Part shown: piece after piece, positions 1 to 13,675 of the stretch | Position numbering within the stretch: position 1 is the stretch's first letter | How the letters are laid out: the number at the start of each line of letters is the position of its first letter | NCBI GenBank assembly: GCA_002189035.1 | Contig: CM007989.1 | Coordinates: 1,798,001-1,862,000, forward strand | Direction of reading: 5' to 3' | From: Utricularia gibba | Taxonomy: Eukaryota; Plantae; Magnoliophyta | Length of the DNA: 64,000 bases | Position numbers and translations under genes: made by a program | Notes under the pieces: generated by a model | The model's database searches: none | What the model was told of the DNA's origin: nothing | Seen by the model: only the letters and a program-made list of their open reading frames with translations

Positions 1-3000
1 ACCACATCTTCTTACAGAGTTGGCAACCCCCACTCGCACGTACAAGGCAGGACATACCATGGCGGAAAAGACCCTTGACCTTGCGGCAATTCGGATACTG
101 GCAACTTGAAGCTGGACATTTTGAAGCATGGACTAGCAGATCGAGCATTTTCCTTAGTTGCTGAAAAAAAAAAGAGAAAATTCCATGAAAAGATAGTGGA
201 GGAAAAAGCGTGCATCAGAATAAAGAGTCCCCTAGGCACAACATACTAATGCGAGATAAAATGTTCGAATAACTGTTACACACATCAAGCAGCAACCAAC
301 GGCAACTAAATTGACAGGAGAGTCACAAGCTTAGGGATTTACTCACAACTCTCCTTGCAGGGGAGACAAAAATACAACGCCAAATAACTGAACCAACCGT
401 AAACTGAAAAGCAGGCAATATGGAAGACAAGTGGTCCTTACCTGCAGAACTCTGGATTGTCTAGCTTCCTTGTTGCATGCAAGTTGATCATTCGATTGAT
501 GACTAATTAGTTTGTGAGGATGCCTTCCTCCATCTTTTTGATAACAAGCATTGCATACCCCATAATCTGGACATGTCTCACAGTGCCAACCATGACCACC
601 TTCGATATCTAAGTGGCATGTAGCGCACTGTGTCACGAAAGCTGGGGCACTAGGATTGTGAAGGTGATAGAGGACCATCATTGAAGAATGCTTAGCCCGG
701 CGAAGAGTATCATATTGATAATGGTTCCCTTGACAAAGCGTCAGAAATGCTTGTCTCGTGTCAAAAATTTCACTATCAATAAATTCAGTGTCTCTCGTAT
801 CATCAGGTATCCCCACTATAGCCTCCTGAATGTGAAGAATAAATGTTGCATTGAAGAATTCCAACCGTAAAGAAAGCTACGTGGGGTGGGGATAGTTAAA
901 TTATTGGAACTTACAGGATAGAGAGTATGCACGTCCCTTTGGTTTACAGGATGCCTCTCCCTGTCCTCAAGTGCCAAATCAGCCTCATGACATCTGGAAA
1001 TGGTGAAGGTAAAACTGATTACAATACCTAAGGATTTGATTACTTCATGGAATAGTAGCATTAAAGAACTTCATTCAAACCAGAATTAAATGACACAGGG
1101 AAGTAAATCCTCACGGAAACAAGAGAAGGAACAATCAAAGCACATGCATTGGCAGCACTGGAACCACAGTTTGCAGAGATAATGAACTCCACTTTCATCA
1201 GGGCTTTGAGAATAATTTCCCAAGAAAATTTTCCGAGACAAATCAACAGATTTCATAAACTTCTTTGCACTAAAAAGACTTATCCCTGGTGTCTATTATG
1301 CTAATGGTCAAAACAAACAAGAAGATTCGGCATAAACTTTGTCTCATTATAAGACAATAACATGACAAAATTTGTACAAAAAAACTCACTTGTCACAAAC
1401 TTGAAAGTTTTTGCACTGCCTGCAAATCCAACGGTTTCCAGAAACCATCAGAATGCAGCAATGTGAGCATGCATGCTGCAAGTGAACCATAATAAAGTCC
1501 TCCTTCATCGGGGATATTGTTTCACCCAGCTACAGAAGTGAGGGAATCTAATTAGTAAGATAAAGAAGAGGATGGGAGAAAGGTACATAATATTCAGGAA
1601 AAAAAATTCTTGAAACATTGTTGGAATGGAAAATCAACAAATGGGAAGCACAAGAAAAACCAATAAAAATAAGGATTACTTTACGCATCAGAAGCAGGTC
1701 TTTTGAGGCATTTCCAGAAAGATCAGTTTGGCCAGATGCCTTCAGAGCTCTCTTGCTTATGCTTTTCTTAATGCAACCTTTTTGTGGTTTTTTGCCATCC
1801 TCTTCTTGTTGAAGCTGATAGATGAAGTCCTCAGCAGCACCAGGCCAATAGTCCCCATCAAAGTAAGGCAACCGAGCCGCAGTTACCCTTGCTTTGCATT
1901 CGCCAGGAGAAACAAAGAAATGTTCATAAAGATTTGTCAGTCTGACAACAATGTTTTCTTTCATGGCTTTACGGAGCATGACCAGGTACCTGACAGAGAT
2001 GGAACCTAAGTAGTATGCACATAATGAAATCAGAAACATCAAAAAACAGATAAATATCAACTTACCATTCCCTAAGTTTATCAGATTTCGGCGTCTTTTG
2101 AATTTCTGGGTGGCAATATATAATATAGTCCTCGCCCTTTAATGGGGGACACGCCCATATATAACAGCTAGTGAAGCCACGCTTTTTGCAATATTCCAGG
2201 TATCCAATCTGAAAATAAAACATTATAACACACTTTCTTGAGTTTCCTTTTTTTGAAGCACTCTAATAACGACAATGTGGCACAATCACTTTTTCCTGAA
2301 TGCACACAAAAGGAGAAGAATAAAAGCTTTTGCAAGAAACTTGCCAGAATTTCATGGTAAACAAATGTCCTAAGAGCCTCCCCATAACCGCTTTTATGTC
2401 TGGCCTAAAGTACTTGACAGAGTCCAGATAGGAGAGGTAGACTCGGCGGTGGTTTGGCTGCAAACTTTCAGAACCAAATTCTTGCACATACATTCCAAAT
2501 AGAAATACTTCAACCCCTTCAATTCTTTGAAATAGCAGCACAACCTGTAAGATACAGCAACTTCTATGACCAAAGATTGTTGAACAAATTAAAAGGAATC
2601 AAATAAGTGCACACATTTACAGATTGCTTTGAACACCATATAAATGATGCATCAGATACCTAACGCATTTAAAAAACAATGAAGCATCATGAATTAAAAA
2701 CACTCTGGGTGAACAAAGCACGACTGAAAACCAGTCAGCACCTGAATTCCGAATTCTAAGAGAATAAGGTCCCTGATGGCCATACATTGACGACGTACTA
2801 TAATAGTTATCAATCATAATACAATCAAATTCCTGATGTTTAAATACAACACAATTTTCACTTCCAAGATGAGAAACCACTGATGAACATGCTAAAGTAC
2901 TTTTATATTTTATACACCAAGAATACCCTAAACAAATAAGGCAACTAGCTATCACTCTGAAGCTGAACAATTCTCATCACCCATACCTTTGATTTATAAG

Positions 3001-6000
3001 GGAAATCTGTTGGATAGTTTTCCTCTCTAAAAATTTCAAGAAAGCGTGGTTTCACATCCAATTTCTTGTCTGCTGAAGATACAACTCGAACGACCAATTC
3101 TTCTGCACCCGGAACCTGGGGTAAAAAAGAAACTCACAACCCGCATGTAAAAATATTTAAAGCCTCTTAGATTAGAGTTTAATGCATAAATGTTGTGAAA
3201 TTGACACTAAATATAATTGTATTCAATTTATGATACACAGATAACAACTAAGTTTACCTCATCATAATCTTTTCCTTGAAATCTTGCTCTGTCATGTCTT
3301 TCTTGCTTCAACTTTGCATACAATCTTTGCTCTAAGTGATCACTCAAACTCGTCCTAGGCAAATCCTTGGCCCCTAGAATAGCACTCTGTGGCAAAGGCA
3401 CGCGTTCTCCTTGGTCAACTTCCATCACGTAACAGTTTGGACAAGTGTACTCCGCTTGCCCACCATCATTTCGCCTACCATTGAATAATGCACATATCTG
3501 ATGCTGCCAGGCTTCACATTTGTCACATTGAACCCACTGCCAGTAACAATAACCAGTCCCATAAGGAATGTTCATCACCTAAAACAGAAGAAAAAAGCAT
3601 GAATGACGTACTGATTCTTCAGTTTCTTCATCGTTTTTCTTCTTTTCCATCCTTGCTTTCGGAATAGTTACTCCATCAAGCACAATGGTGTCTCCACGCG
3701 ATGCATTATAACAGGAAGTACAGAAGCAATGGCGTGCCTCACCAGCCCCTGCTGCATGATACATTGCATTCCTTTTGATGCGAATACCACAAGATGAACA
3801 ATATATAGGGGGTGCTTCGAATGATAGCTTCTCCAAAGCACATAACTGGCAAGAATTCTCATTCATGGAATGGCCCATAGCTTGGTTTCTTTCTGCCTTT
3901 GCCTTGCTCTGCATGCAGAGAAATATGAATAAAAGATTCATCCAACTAACATGTACGAAAACAAAACTTCGCAGAAAAAAACAGCTACTCACAGGGATAA
4001 GGTGTGAGAAACGAAAACTAAGTCACAAGAATGCAGAACAGCAGATCAGAATGAAAAGTTAATAAAATATACATCGATAAAGTTTTTTTCCTTAAATGCA
4101 AATACAAAATAATAACTCGATTTAATGTATCAGAGAAATGTAATTAAAAAAAAAAAAACAAGATACAAGCTCAAGAATGGTGCACAGACAAAGCGACGGA
4201 TATTGATGCAGAAGCTAAGGGTATACAAACGCATTTTCTTTCAGAAATGACATTTACAAGATAAGAGCAACAGAATTCATGACGTGAGGCGATACAACTT
4301 GTCTCCTGAGGTCTAATGTAAAGTGCTCATAGGTCTTTTAATTGGTCTAGCAGAAAGAGAAGCAATACAACGAACACTAAAATAATATGCTCAGGAAGAT
4401 AACATAGCTGGTTTATATTCCATTTATAGTGACTTCCAAAACTAACCTGGCCTATCCATTGCCTAAGACCTTGAATGTGCTGCCGGACTTGTTCTGGAGT
4501 GAACAGTTCTATCATTGACACACCCTTCACTTTTGTCTTACCACCCTTGAGTGTGTTCTCAGGAGGTACTTGACAAGTTTCCAGCTTATCTTGATCTAAA
4601 TGGTTTTCTGCCTTAATGAGCTTCTGCTCACCCATATATGAAGGGTTATCCAATATATGCTTAGGATCATTTAGGGGACCATTGAAGTCTTTGGCATCTG
4701 AGGTACCTAATTTGGCATTCTTGGGACCTAACTGTCCAACAATGTCAGGAATCTCTACTTTTGGTTCAGCCAGTTTCGAATTCAAAGGAGTGCAGGTTTC
4801 ATATTGCATTTCAGCAATCTGCTCATTCTTGAGCACACTATCATCTGAAGGCAGCGTACCAGGGCTTTTAGTCATGGATACAGGGGGTTGGCATGCTTGA
4901 TCAGTTCTTTGCCGCTTATTTGATGGCTCAAAATTTTCTTGCATGTCTACACTTTCAATCTTCGCAACTGACCTTTCCAAATCCTTCTTAAAAGATTCAC
5001 TGACGGGATGCTGCAATCCAACGTTAGACTCTGAACGAGCACGAGCTTGTAGAAAGATCTTGACAGGAACACAGACAGGGCAGTTTGAATCTCTGCACAG
5101 CCTATTGTGATTTACTAAAAGCCTTGTAGCAGAACAACGAGGAAAATCACACTTTAATGCATTGCATTGTTCCACATGTTTCAGCAACTTTTGAACAGTT
5201 ATGCAGTGCTTTTCACGGCATTTCCCTTCCGGGGCAGGGCACCGACGAGCATGTCTAAGAAATAATAGCCACTTCTGCTGATTTCTAAACTGTTGATGAT
5301 CAGAAACAATAGATTTAGGTGGGCAAACAGCATCATTCGCTCTCAGAAGGTCTGCTGATCTGGGCATGTCAGATTTGCAATTGACTGACTCTGCAGAAGA
5401 TAACTGATTTCTTTTGGCCGCATCATGAGCATGACTCTCAGGCATCACTGTTTCAGATGCAATAACACTTTGAGAAAGGCCACTTTGGTGGTTTTCTAGG
5501 GCAAATTGTTGTCGCCCAGAGTCGTTGGAAGCAGCATAATCACTTCGAGGATTAACAAGAATATTCTGAGGGTGCAAATGAAGTTGCATATGCTCTGAAG
5601 CTTCTACTTGCAAATCAGAACAGGGATCCATTATATTGGATTGTGCTGCAGCATCAGAGAACTGGAAGGACTGAGACATTTGAGACTGCAGAACAGCATC
5701 AACATTCTCCATTCCAAAATCAGGCTTCACTTCAGAAACACTATTGGATGACTGCTGCTGACCCACAGAATGCCTTTCAGTCATATGGCTCTGAAGTTGC
5801 TTTCTCAGCTGAATTTGGTGAAAACCTTGTCCACGTGGAAACTGGGAGTGCTGCTGAGATTGTAGATTCTGGAGACATTATACAGGATTTCCTTCAGCTA
5901 AATAACGTGATATAAACCTATTTTCTTCCGGTTGTTCATTAGAATGGAGTTTCTTATTTGTTATATGTACAGTAGAATATAAATTGGGCTATTAACCTCA

Positions 6001-7765
6001 AAAGAAGATGTAGCTCGGACTGGCATGGACAGTGCATTCGAGCATGGAATCTCCAGAGTTGGCACAGAAGAGCTGGTGGTGTATACGTTTCCAGGTCCTG
6101 AAGAATCATCTGCACTGATTACCTGTATGTCGCCTGCAAAGCATACAAATTTGAAAAAAGATACATACACTTGGTAAAAAAATAGCAAATATGGTACTTG
6201 TCTTCAGGAATAAAATCAAAAGTACCCCTCATTTCCGGCTGTTGGAGTTGTCTAGTTGAGTTTTCATGTGATGCTATAGGTAAATGCATTTCAGTAGTGC
6301 CTATACCGTTTACCATGCGCATCCTATTTCCTGTAGTTCCCACATTAACATTGAAGGGCCCTCCAAGTGACTTATGTTGCAACAAAGGTCTGACTCCAAC
6401 GTTACTCTGTGATGTCATATTATTTGGATGAAGAGTATGACGACTTTGGGGCAAAGGCTGAAGTGCACTTGTAGATTCACTGGCAGGGCAGGCATTGGAA
6501 TTGCTTAATGAATCCAGATTCTGTGTTGTCTCATTAACGGAAATATCATCTGGGTCATTGCAAGAGTTTCTAATTCCCGGAGTAGGAATCATTTGGTACG
6601 TCATTCTTGGCATTTCTGCAGATGATATTGCATTACTTCCTCTAATATTTGCAGACAAACTGGGTGATGATTGCCGATGTCCACCTGACACTGTCAAATC
6701 AAAACAAGAACCGCTCATATGAGTGAAATACGATCATTGTTCAGAGCAAAAATGCTGTATCACAAAATGAGCTAGAAATGACCATGAGTACTCCCAGATG
6801 GACCAATCCTGTTGGACAAGAAGCCTCGAGAATCAATAGTGGATGATGTTATTGCATTAGCACCAGAGACCATAGAGCCTTCCAAAGAGGTCCCCATTGA
6901 GTTTGTTTCAGTTTGTTGAAATCCAGGGGTCGGTATCATTGCACCAACAGGAACGGACGAACTGCCATGTGATAACTGTTGGTTAACATTTCCCATTGAG
7001 AGACGCCTAACCAAATACTGTAAGCGTCTTTCCAGAGTTGCCGGATTTAAATACTCCTCCTGAACATGATAAGAAAAATGCTTATACAGTATGCGCTCAA
7101 ACAAGGAAGATCGAAGAATAAAATACGGACAAAACCTATTTGCAATTCAATTAAATCCAATGTCCAGATAAAACAGTATACATAAAAGGCGAATATACAG
7201 AACTGGTAAACGTAATTCCTACCGTACAAATGAGGATGAGAAATAATAAGAAAAACTAGCAAACCTTCGATGTTGCACTCCTGAATAATCCCTCCTCTAT
7301 ACGCTTGGCAATATCAAACAATTTCCTATTGGGCGTATCTGGAGATGGCTGGCGTCTCCTGGAGAATAGTTCGTAGCTGTGGAAGAGGCATAAGAATCAT
7401 TTGCATTACTTCCCCAGTCATTGCGGCAGTATGAGAGAAAATTGAATGAAGAAAGAAATTAAAATTCAGGATAGATGCATATGGAGAACAATCTCTCATT
7501 TTGACTCATAATCAGGCACAAGCCTGCTCATGAAATTGTTCAGTGATGCACATTTGTCCATCACAAGAACAATGCCTTACATTTTTTGCAGCATCAATCT
7601 ACGTGATTTCCCTAACTCCGGATCCGCGCCCAGGGCACTGAAATGAACACCAGAATTTTGCAATTGATTGGCGGAAAGATCTGCATTCCTCTGCGATTGC
7701 CCACCCAACATTGGGCCAGGCACATCTCCGGCTATTTTCCCCGAATGGTTCATTTGCATATTCAT
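1..7765 (-). CDS. HAC1: CBP/p300-type histone acetyltransferase (HAC1/HAC12-like), about 16 exons, 3' end beyond window start
   Basis: Start MNMQMNHSG at 7765. KIX-like exon ([16 protein letters not shown]), TAZ1 ([17 protein letters not shown]), PHD ([19 protein letters not shown]), HAT core ([31 protein letters not shown]), ZZ ([13 protein letters not shown]) and TAZ2 ([16 protein letters not shown]) at 1-160. One -1 frameshift at 2380-2383 and a GC donor at 2344-2343. Confidence 0.95.
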
Positions 7766-8959
7766 GCTTCACGACCAATCATTCCTTCTTCCTAAGAGCA
7801 ACCAACAACAAAATGCAGACACAAAGACAAAGAAATAACATTGATCATTACTATCCCATAAAATATACATCTCTGACATTCAGAAATTCGGAACCCGAAT
7901 AAAGATCAAAATTAACGACAACAAGTTAGGGTTTTGCGAAATTGGGGCAAACCGAATTCGATAGCAAAGTCGATAATACTATAAGAAAATCGTCTCAACT
8001 GGAAGACGAAATCAATTCGATCAGATGGCAATAGCATCAACCATTTTCCTCGAAAAATTCAGAAAGCCATGGAAAAAAAATCTTGAAGGACAGGCAACCA
8101 TAAAAAAAAAAAAAAAGAATACCAATATGACAGCGAGCATCCTAAGAAACGAGTCGCAGCACCCGTGATGGTCAACCGGCGGTCGATATGGCGGAGGACG
8201 GTGATTCGACGATGAAGAGAACAAATTTATAATGTAATTTTCTGAATAAATAGGCAATGTAAATCTTTTCTACACACAATTTTTCCTTGTGAATTCGGGC
8301 ACAGAACGTGATCCCAAGTATCCATATTCAGACACAGTAAATAGGGAAAAAAATAAAATAATTAATAAATTAAAAACACTAATAAAAAAAATACCACACA
8401 TATGTTAGCTACAATAATACTAAAATAATTTTAAATGTAAAAAAATAATATATACACATATTAACAAGCTATAAAATGCAATAAATAACCGTTTCAATAT
8501 AATTTGGATTAAACGTCGAAAAATAGTCTGACTTTCATATTATTTGGTTTAAATATTACAAGATTAATTTTATATTGAATATATCATTTTATCAAACGCT
8601 AATATTAAATTAAATAATTATATCAAAACATGTGAAACTATATTTTTCAAGATTTGAAAAAATATATTTTTACACTGCATATAATATACCAGTATACAAT
8701 TATATTTTGAAATTGGAATTTTGCATTGTTTCAAAACGCTGATTAAAATCATCTTATAAAAATGTTCATTATTTCTCTTACATATATAATAACTAACTAA
8801 CTGAAGAGTTGAAGAATTCATGCAAGAGTGAGAGTAACAAGGAGGCGTAGAAGCGGAGCCATAGAAAGCAGGGGAATCGCCCACCTTTAAAGGCTGGCTC
8901 CATCTTCTTCCCCGATCATTTCCCTGAACAAGATCGATCTATTTCATCAGGGGGCGGCG

Positions 8960-9244
8960 ATGGCGGCGGGATGGAGAGCTCCAGTATTGGTGGTGCTCGT
9001 GACGATGATGGTGCTGTCAGTGGCCTGCTTGGCAGGGCAATGCGACCTCCACATGCCGGCGGACCGAAGTTGCCTGGAGCTGGATGCGGCGGAGATGAAG
9101 GTACATGACCCGGTGGCGCATCTGGAGGAGGAGGAGGACGACGACGACGACGACGTGTGGAAGAGGATTGATGATCGCCGAGACCCGGTGTCCGTTGTCG
9201 ACGCCGAGGTGAAGGAGCCGCGAGTCGTCGTCTTGGGGCACTGA
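8960..9244 (+). CDS. Small secreted protein / putative peptide precursor, 94 aa
   Basis: Single-exon ORF with good ATG context (GCGATGG), hydrophobic N-terminus (VLVVLVTMMVLSVACLA), GC-rich codon usage like the other first exons, acidic tract, and C-terminus EPRVVVLGH. Confidence 0.75.
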   Translation: MAAGWRAPVLVVLVTMMVLSVACLAGQCDLHMPADRSCLELDAAEMKVHDPVAHLEEEEDDDDDDVWKRIDDRRDPVSVVDAEVKEPRVVVLGH

Positions 9245-9497
9245 GAATTGGGCCTCTGGTGGGTATCACAAAGCAATCTCCCGGTCGAGTCGCCGTGCAT
9301 TATCCCGACGAAACCCGGCCGGCCGGCCGGCTGGCCGGCCGGGTTTGGAAAGTACATAGACATTTGTAGAACATTCATCGGACAAATAATACACCATTCA
9401 CACTTAGATGAACTCTTATTTCATATGAATTTCTTAACATATATTTGACAAATATAATAATACTTTATATCAAGGGCTATTGACATTAATTATCATT

Positions 9498-9632
9498 AAT
9501 ATTTGGGGTATTTAGAAATGTGGCCACCGTCTCACTAGTATGTTAGAAATATAATCACCCTAATATTAAAATTTTAACTGTATGTGTGTGAGAAGGTGAA
9601 GGTGGTCACATTTCTAAATGGACCTTAATATT
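9498..9632. mobile_element. Imperfect long inverted repeat, probable degenerate MITE/MULE remnant
   Basis: aatatttggggtatttagaaatgtggccacc (9498-9528) pairs with ggtggtcacatttctaaatggaccttaatatt (9601-9632). No TSD identified. Confidence 0.5.
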
Positions 9633-11586
9633 TGTAAAAATTACAAAACCGATCCTCATTATTTTAATATTATCTATATTATTTTATAATACAATGATTT
9701 TCTAACATTTAAAAAAATTGACCCCCGACATTTTCATACCTATCAAATATCAATTTAGTATAAAAGATATCAATATTTAAAATAATTGGTATTTTTAAAA
9801 AAATGATAAAATTAGTTACTAACTAATTATGTATAATTTCAAACACTAGAGGGTAAAAAATAACTAAAATATAAAATTTTGAAGATTATTTATGTTCAGT
9901 TCATCAAATTTTGAGAATTAATCATATCTGATACATAAAATTTGGAGATCGATTTTATCATTACATAATTTATATTAAAAATAATAAATAATTTCACCCA
10001 AATGTTAAAATTTGAAGTTTTTTTTGACACAAATGTGTCTTTATATAATGTAAATAATTAAAATATATGATTGATAAAAGTATGGCATTACTCCACACCT
10101 CCTCCTCCCCTTCTTTCGGTGGCAGCGGTTGAAGATCAAGAACCATTCAAGGCGGCCAGCAAATCCCAGTCCTATACATCAACTGCCACGTGTTCTTTTC
10201 CACAACAATATCAGATGAGATATTTATAATAAAAGCAATTTCTTCATCATTAGTATTATTATTTTATCAAAAAGAAAAAGGGAGGAATAATCAATTTTCC
10301 AAAGGAAATCACACTTGTAATGATGTGCCAATGCACATGTATATGAGCTTTAAAGTATTAGTAGTATGCTTTTAATTATAAAATAATTAAAGGATGAAAT
10401 GGCATCCAACACTTGCAATCTTGCATTTTATTTTATTTTATTTTGGATGCTTAATCTTGGACCAATTAGGTGAGGCTTAGGGTGCAGGGGGCCCCGCAAA
10501 ACATGCTTCCAATTAAACAGCCTCCTTTGCAGATGGAGGATTGAATGCCAACTTCTCATCTCAATGGTGACTCATGGATCATGATCATGATGGATGGATG
10601 GATGGATGCTCCTGCTAATGCACCACATCATTAAGCAACACAAACCATCGCTTACAAATCTAATCATCTCTAATACTAATTCTTTACAATTAATTCATCA
10701 CAAATGGTAATCTAAATACCAGCTTAGCATTGAAGGCGGCTTTGCCCCTCCTCCAAATCGGTTAGCTGGCCATTCATCCCATCTCCCGCATGTGGGGTTT
10801 GGCCCTCCCTCCTCCCAATCATGCGTTTCCAACTACAAATCATTTATTATTAAAATTTATTATACAACATACGTAAAATTTAAATATATAAAAAAAAAAT
10901 AAATTACATTAGAAAAAATTAAATCCAATTTATTATCGTTATCGTTTTTTCCATATATTAAGACTATTAAGAAATGTTCTTAAAAATTTTTAAAACCTAA
11001 TTATATTTTTAAAAGTAAAAATATTTTTATTTTAATAATTCTATAAAAAACACTTTTAAAATTATAACTACAAAAATTATTTTTGGAAAAATAATAAATT
11101 GATTACTTTTATTTTTTTTTCTATTTTTCAAAAATAATTTTAAAAATTAAAAATAGTTTTCAAAAATTTTTCAGAAAACTACTGCTTTAATATGTATGAT
11201 CATATATTTGTGTTGTAGGTTGGCTGCTAGACAAGTAACTAACTCATGACACTGGCGTTGCTTGCTTGCAGACACGCTGACGCGCACTCCCTCACTCACT
11301 ATTCTTACACATTTTGAGTTTCTTTTTTTTTTTTGAGAATTAAATGTTAACATGATTGAGTTTGAACATAGGATTTGGTTGGGGTGCCGCAGCCTATGAG
11401 CATATTTTATGTAGTATTAGATGGAGTAGAGTCCAATGATGTGGGCGGGGTTAATTATGGGGTAAGTTAACCGAGCATATTATATATCATGTACTATAAT
11501 GTGTGATGAGAGGAAGGCATTAACTCCCCAAGAGACGCACCCACCCACCAACCTTTACCCGTGTCCACTCCGGACGCGCCACCGCT

Positions 11587-11593
11587 TATATAA
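11587..11593 (+). promoter_or_regulatory. TATA box of GDSL gene
   Basis: TATATAA about 57 bp upstream of ATG 11650. Confidence 0.6.
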
Positions 11594-11649
11594 TTAAGCA
11601 CACCACCCGCGCCACCTCCGAACCGACATTCTCCTCCCTCGTTGCTGAA

Positions 11650-13293
11650 ATGACGCCGGCGAAGGCGCGATTTCTTCTCCTCGTCTTCGCCGCCGTCGCT
11701 GCCACCGGGGTCGCTAGGGACGTCCCTGCGGTGATCGTCTTCGGGGACTCCTCGGTGGACGCCGGGAACAACAACGCCATTTCCACGCTCCTGAAGAGTA
11801 ACTTCCGGCCGTATGGGAGGGACTTCTACGGCGGCGTGCCCACTGGGAGATTCTCCAACGGGAAGATCCCCCCCGACCTCATCTCGGAGGCGTTTGGACT
11901 CCGCCCCTTCGTCCCGGCCTACCTGGATCCGGCGTACAATATCTCCGATTTCGCTCACGGAGTCTGCTTCGCTTCCGCCGGTACCGGATTCGACAATGCC
12001 ACTTCCAGCGTACTCGTAAGTCATCTTCTAACCAAACCCCGCTACCTATTTTGTGTGCACATCAACCTACAAACAACATATAAACACTCCATCTCCCTCA
12101 TGATCTCTGGGTAATTTCAAAATTTTTGAGAATTCCGAGAATGGTTAAAACCATGGTTTTATAAATGAAATTTGCGGCGGTGAGGCATAAATGGGGGTGG
12201 CGATAGTGACACTTGTCCCCAAACTTTGAATTGCATTTTTTTTTTTTAAATTCATGAACTAAAAGGGAGGGAATGAGGATAGAATGTCATGAGTGCACAT
12301 AAGACATGTATGCGGGTGAATTTGAAAAATAATCGTCCTATTATTATTGTGTATGAAAAATAATCATTAAATGTAAAATTTTGATTTTAATGTGTGATAT
12401 AGAATACTAGAATGATTAATTTTTTTAAAAAATGCAATGTATATACCCATCCCATGAAGGGGTGATGGATGGGAGGGGGGCCACGCACTGTAAATGAGCA
12501 TTAAAGCATGCACTTGTGGTGGGCATGGTGACTGCAGAACGTCATTCCTCTGTGGAAGCAAGTGGAGTACTTCAAGGAGTACGCCGCCAAGCTGAAAGGG
12601 TACCTGGGGGAGGAGAAGGCGGCGGGGGTGATAACCAGGGCGCTGTACGTCGTCAGCTTGGGCACAAACGACTTCCTGGAGAACTACTACTCGCTCCCGA
12701 CCACGCGGGGCAAGTACACGATACAGCAGTACCAGGACTACATCGTCGGCCTGGCAGAGAATTTCGTCAAGACCGTGTACGCTCTGGGATCCCGGAAGAT
12801 GTCCTTCACCGGGCTCCCGCCGATGGGATGTCTCCCCCTGGAAAGAACGACGAATTTCCTCGCCGGAGCCGGGAAGGCTGCAACGAGGCGTACAACAAGG
12901 TTGCTCTTGAGTTCAACGTGAAGCTGGGGGCTATGGTGAAGAAGCTCAATGCCCAGTTGCCGGGGGCGCGGATCGTCTTCTCCAATCCCTACTACATCTT
13001 CAAGTCCATCATCCGGAAGCCTGCTGCTTACGGTATGCTAACAATGCGATTCTTCAAGAAATGTGGCATGTCGTTCATCTTGTTGAGAACCTGCAGGGCT
13101 GGAAGTGACATCAGTGGCATGCTGCTCGACGGGGCTGTTTGAAATGGGGTACCTCTGCTCGGAGCTGAACCCATTGACGTGTTCAGATGCGAGTAAGTAT
13201 GCCTTCTGGGATTCCTTCCATCCCACTGAAACAACAAGTCGGATCATTGTCGACCATTTGTTGAAGACGACCTTGCGGGAGTTCTTACTATGA
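11650..13293 (+). CDS. GDSL esterase/lipase, secreted, 3 exons (11650-12015, 12538-about 13033, about 13097-13293)
   Basis: Signal peptide, block I VFGDSSVDAGNNN, GRFSNGK, GVCFASAGTG, block III SLGTNDF, block V FWDSFHPT. One-base frameshift at GGG 12871-12873 (NFLAGAG/EGCNEAYN). Confidence 0.95.
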
Positions 13294-13675
13294 AGTACAC
13301 CTGAATCACACCTCCACAGTATGGTTGATAATAGTTACAGAAGACTTTGTGGGATTTTGCTCCTGCAATGGAATGTATACTTACTTGAACTCGCTCTTGT
13401 ACCCGGCTCCTCTTCTGCTATCAAGGTTATGTATAAACCGTTCTGGGTAAATTGCTCGTTATACCAGTAGCTTCAGTGAAATTTATACAAGATGGATTTT
13501 GAATGTGTGCTTGGCCTTGTATTCCATTCTTGGTTGGTTCTCTAAGCAGCCATCCTTGTTAAAAACTTCACAATTCACAGCAAAGGAACTGCAAAGCAAC
13601 AGCAGCATTCACTACTTGCAGTAACTAAAATGATCTCCAGTTGAATGTGACGGCTCGGATCTGGCTATGCAGGGC

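Noticed and set aside
8916-9378. Minus-strand ORFs of 117 and 143 aa over the small secreted gene
   Set aside because: Antisense shadows of a GC-rich exon; low-complexity Pro/Arg/Ser products.
10083-10550. Loose resemblance to miR394 (tggcatt...cacctcc at about 10083 and ggagg...gaatgccaa at about 10535)
   Set aside because: Several mismatches and indels, arms about 450 bp apart, no clean hairpin.
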